Positions 62,578 to 64,000 of a stretch of DNA of 64,000 nucleotides are shown in pieces. The notes beneath the pieces were generated by a model. It saw nothing but the letters and a program-made list of their open reading frames with translations, was not told where the DNA came from and did no database searches. Each line of letters opens with the position of its first letter. Position 1 is the stretch's first letter. The stretch lies in the NCBI RefSeq assembly GCF_000143415.4, contig NW_003314304.1, positions 316,169 to 380,168 of the forward strand, given 5' to 3'. The translations under genes were made by a program, and so were the position numbers. This stretch comes from Selaginella moellendorffii. Its lineage: Eukaryota > Plantae > Lycopodiophyta.

Positions 62578-63426
62578 TCATTCGTGCTTGGCGACCTTGT
62601 GCACAGACTTGCCCTGGAGCGAGAACTTCTTGGTGGAAGCGAGGTAATTCTCCAGCAGTGGCTTGAGCACGGTAGCGTCGGCTTCCATCCCCGCCGCCTT
62701 GACCACATCGATTGCCGCGGGGATCACTGCCTTCTCCAGCTTCCTCCTCTTCACGCTCCCATCCGAGCTCTTCTTGATCTCCCGAGAGATGAGCTTCCGC
62801 CACCTCACAACCTTCGAGAAATCCATGGAAATCTTGCCCTCTTCTTTCACTGGCTCCTTGGGTTCTTGTTTGATCGCGCCCTTCTCCCTGGAAGAATTCT
62901 CATTCTCTTTGCCCTCCCTCTCGCGCTTCTTCTTCCTCGCTGGCATCTCTGCCGGATCTTTCGAGAGTTCTTGCTGGATCGGGCGCTCCTCCTCTGGATC
63001 CTTGGACTCTTGCTCGATTACGGCTGGGGCGGCGGGTGGGTTCCTGGCGGCGATGGCGGCCCTGGCCTTGGATCCATGGCGCTTGCTCTGGCCATGGACG
63101 AGCAACACTTCCCTACCTGTGGCCTTGATGTGACACAAGCTACACGACCATGGCGGCCGGGTTGACAGCCCCATGTTGACAATCTCCTCCGCCACTGCTC
63201 CGCCATCCCTGTTCTTCCCATTCTTCTTCGCCGCCGCCGCCACGCCCTTGGGACCGTATTTTTCTACCTCACTCACGCATTGTGTGTGCTGCTGGACCGA
63301 TTGGCGATCGAATTTTGCCCCGCAGTCAATGCAAGAGAATCCGGAGGCGCGGCAGCGTCGAAAGTGATTGGGGAGGCTGGGCTTCTTGAGATTGTCGTCG
63401 CAATCGTCACACTGGAACCACACCAT
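62578..63426 (-). CDS. LYAR-type C2HC zinc-finger nucleolar protein (UBP1-associated protein 1C-like), intronless
   Basis: MVWFQCDDCDDNLKKP...H...C..FSCIDCG...HTQCVSEVEKYG, a further finger PPWSCSLCHI...H...KRH, and a Lys/Glu-rich C-terminus. Confidence 0.9.
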   Translation of the reverse strand: MVWFQCDDCDDNLKKPSLPNHFRRCRASGFSCIDCGAKFDRQSVQQHTQCVSEVEKYGPKGVAAAAKKNGKNRDGGAVAEEIVNMGLSTRPPWSCSLCHIKATGREVLLVHGQSKRHGSKARAAIAARNPPAAPAVIEQESKDPEEERPIQQELSKDPAEMPARKKKREREGKENENSSREKGAIKQEPKEPVKEEGKISMDFSKVVRWRKLISREIKKSSDGSVKRRKLEKAVIPAAIDVVKAAGMEADATVLKPLLENYLASTKKFSLQGKSVHKVAKHE

Positions 63427-63674
63427 GCTCCCACACAACAAGAAAAGCCCTAAACCCGTGAACCCTAAAACCTGCGTAAGGATTTATTAAAATAAAAAAT
63501 ACTTAAACACAATTTATTTATTTTATTTTACTTTTAAAATTTATAATCCACAATGCACTTATTGATGGACATTTTGCATTCAAAATCTTGTGCTTCCATA
63601 GTTCTGAATTTGAAGCTAAATGGATTAAATATTTGCTATCATAGTTTGGTTTAAATCATTGTTCATAGTTTTAT

Positions 63675-64000
63675 CATTTTTGGTGCATTCTACATTTACA
63701 ACAGTTCCATCAACAGATGGTTTTCTTAAGAAGCAGCCCTTTTTAACCCCTATAAAATTTCTATCATCATTTGCAATCATTTAGTGTTTGTGTAGTTGCC
63801 TCAAACTTATCATCCCACTAAGTATTCATTCTAATATTTATGCATATTCCAAGTCCACCACAATCCTAGATAAAAGAAAACATTAGTTATAAAAGTATAA
63901 GTAAAATATAAAAGCCTATTTCTTCCACATTGTAAATATTGCTATTAAGCTCTCCATTCCTACTATAGCATCAAGTTATTGTGCTTGCAATATTTAGAAT
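63675..64000. repeat. AT-rich dispersed repeat family B, copy 2 (runs off the window)
   Basis: Aligns by eye with 59165-59510. Confidence 0.8.

Overview
This is a very gene-dense nuclear genome segment from a land plant. Most introns are 50-75 nt, GC3 is high, PPR genes include SS-motif arrays, and a PAS histidine kinase is present; together these suggest a non-seed plant, most likely a lycophyte such as Selaginella (inference). About 21 intact protein genes are supported, in order: LysM GPI-anchored protein (5' end outside the window), PLS-E PPR, FKBP17-type PPIase, second PLS-E PPR, nodulin-like MFS, DHHC S-acyltransferase, small subunit of serine palmitoyltransferase with a U12-type intron, triple-PAS hybrid histidine kinase, intronless HAK/KUP transporter, purple acid phosphatase, CYP716-like P450, E(z)/CLF-like SET protein, SDR, second MFS, three tandem non-RD LRR-malectin receptor kinases, LHCB5, cytosolic IleRS, alpha-expansin, NDUFS5 and a LYAR zinc-finger protein. 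One tRNA-His gene is also present. Decayed material includes a scrambled P450 pseudogene, a frameshifted alpha-crystallin/HSP20-like gene, nested LTR-retroelement remnants and an eroded IleRS duplicate interleaved with small repeats. The most interesting signals are the microbial-style PAS-PAS-PAS-HK-REC-REC kinase, same-strand gene pairs only 26-91 bp apart (possible dicistronic or nested-promoter transcription), the non-RD LRR-malectin array, a CCCC-ending uORF upstream of the palmitoyltransferase, and an IleRS 5' relic forming the immediate upstream region of NDUFS5. Exon boundaries were read by eye and no database searches were run.
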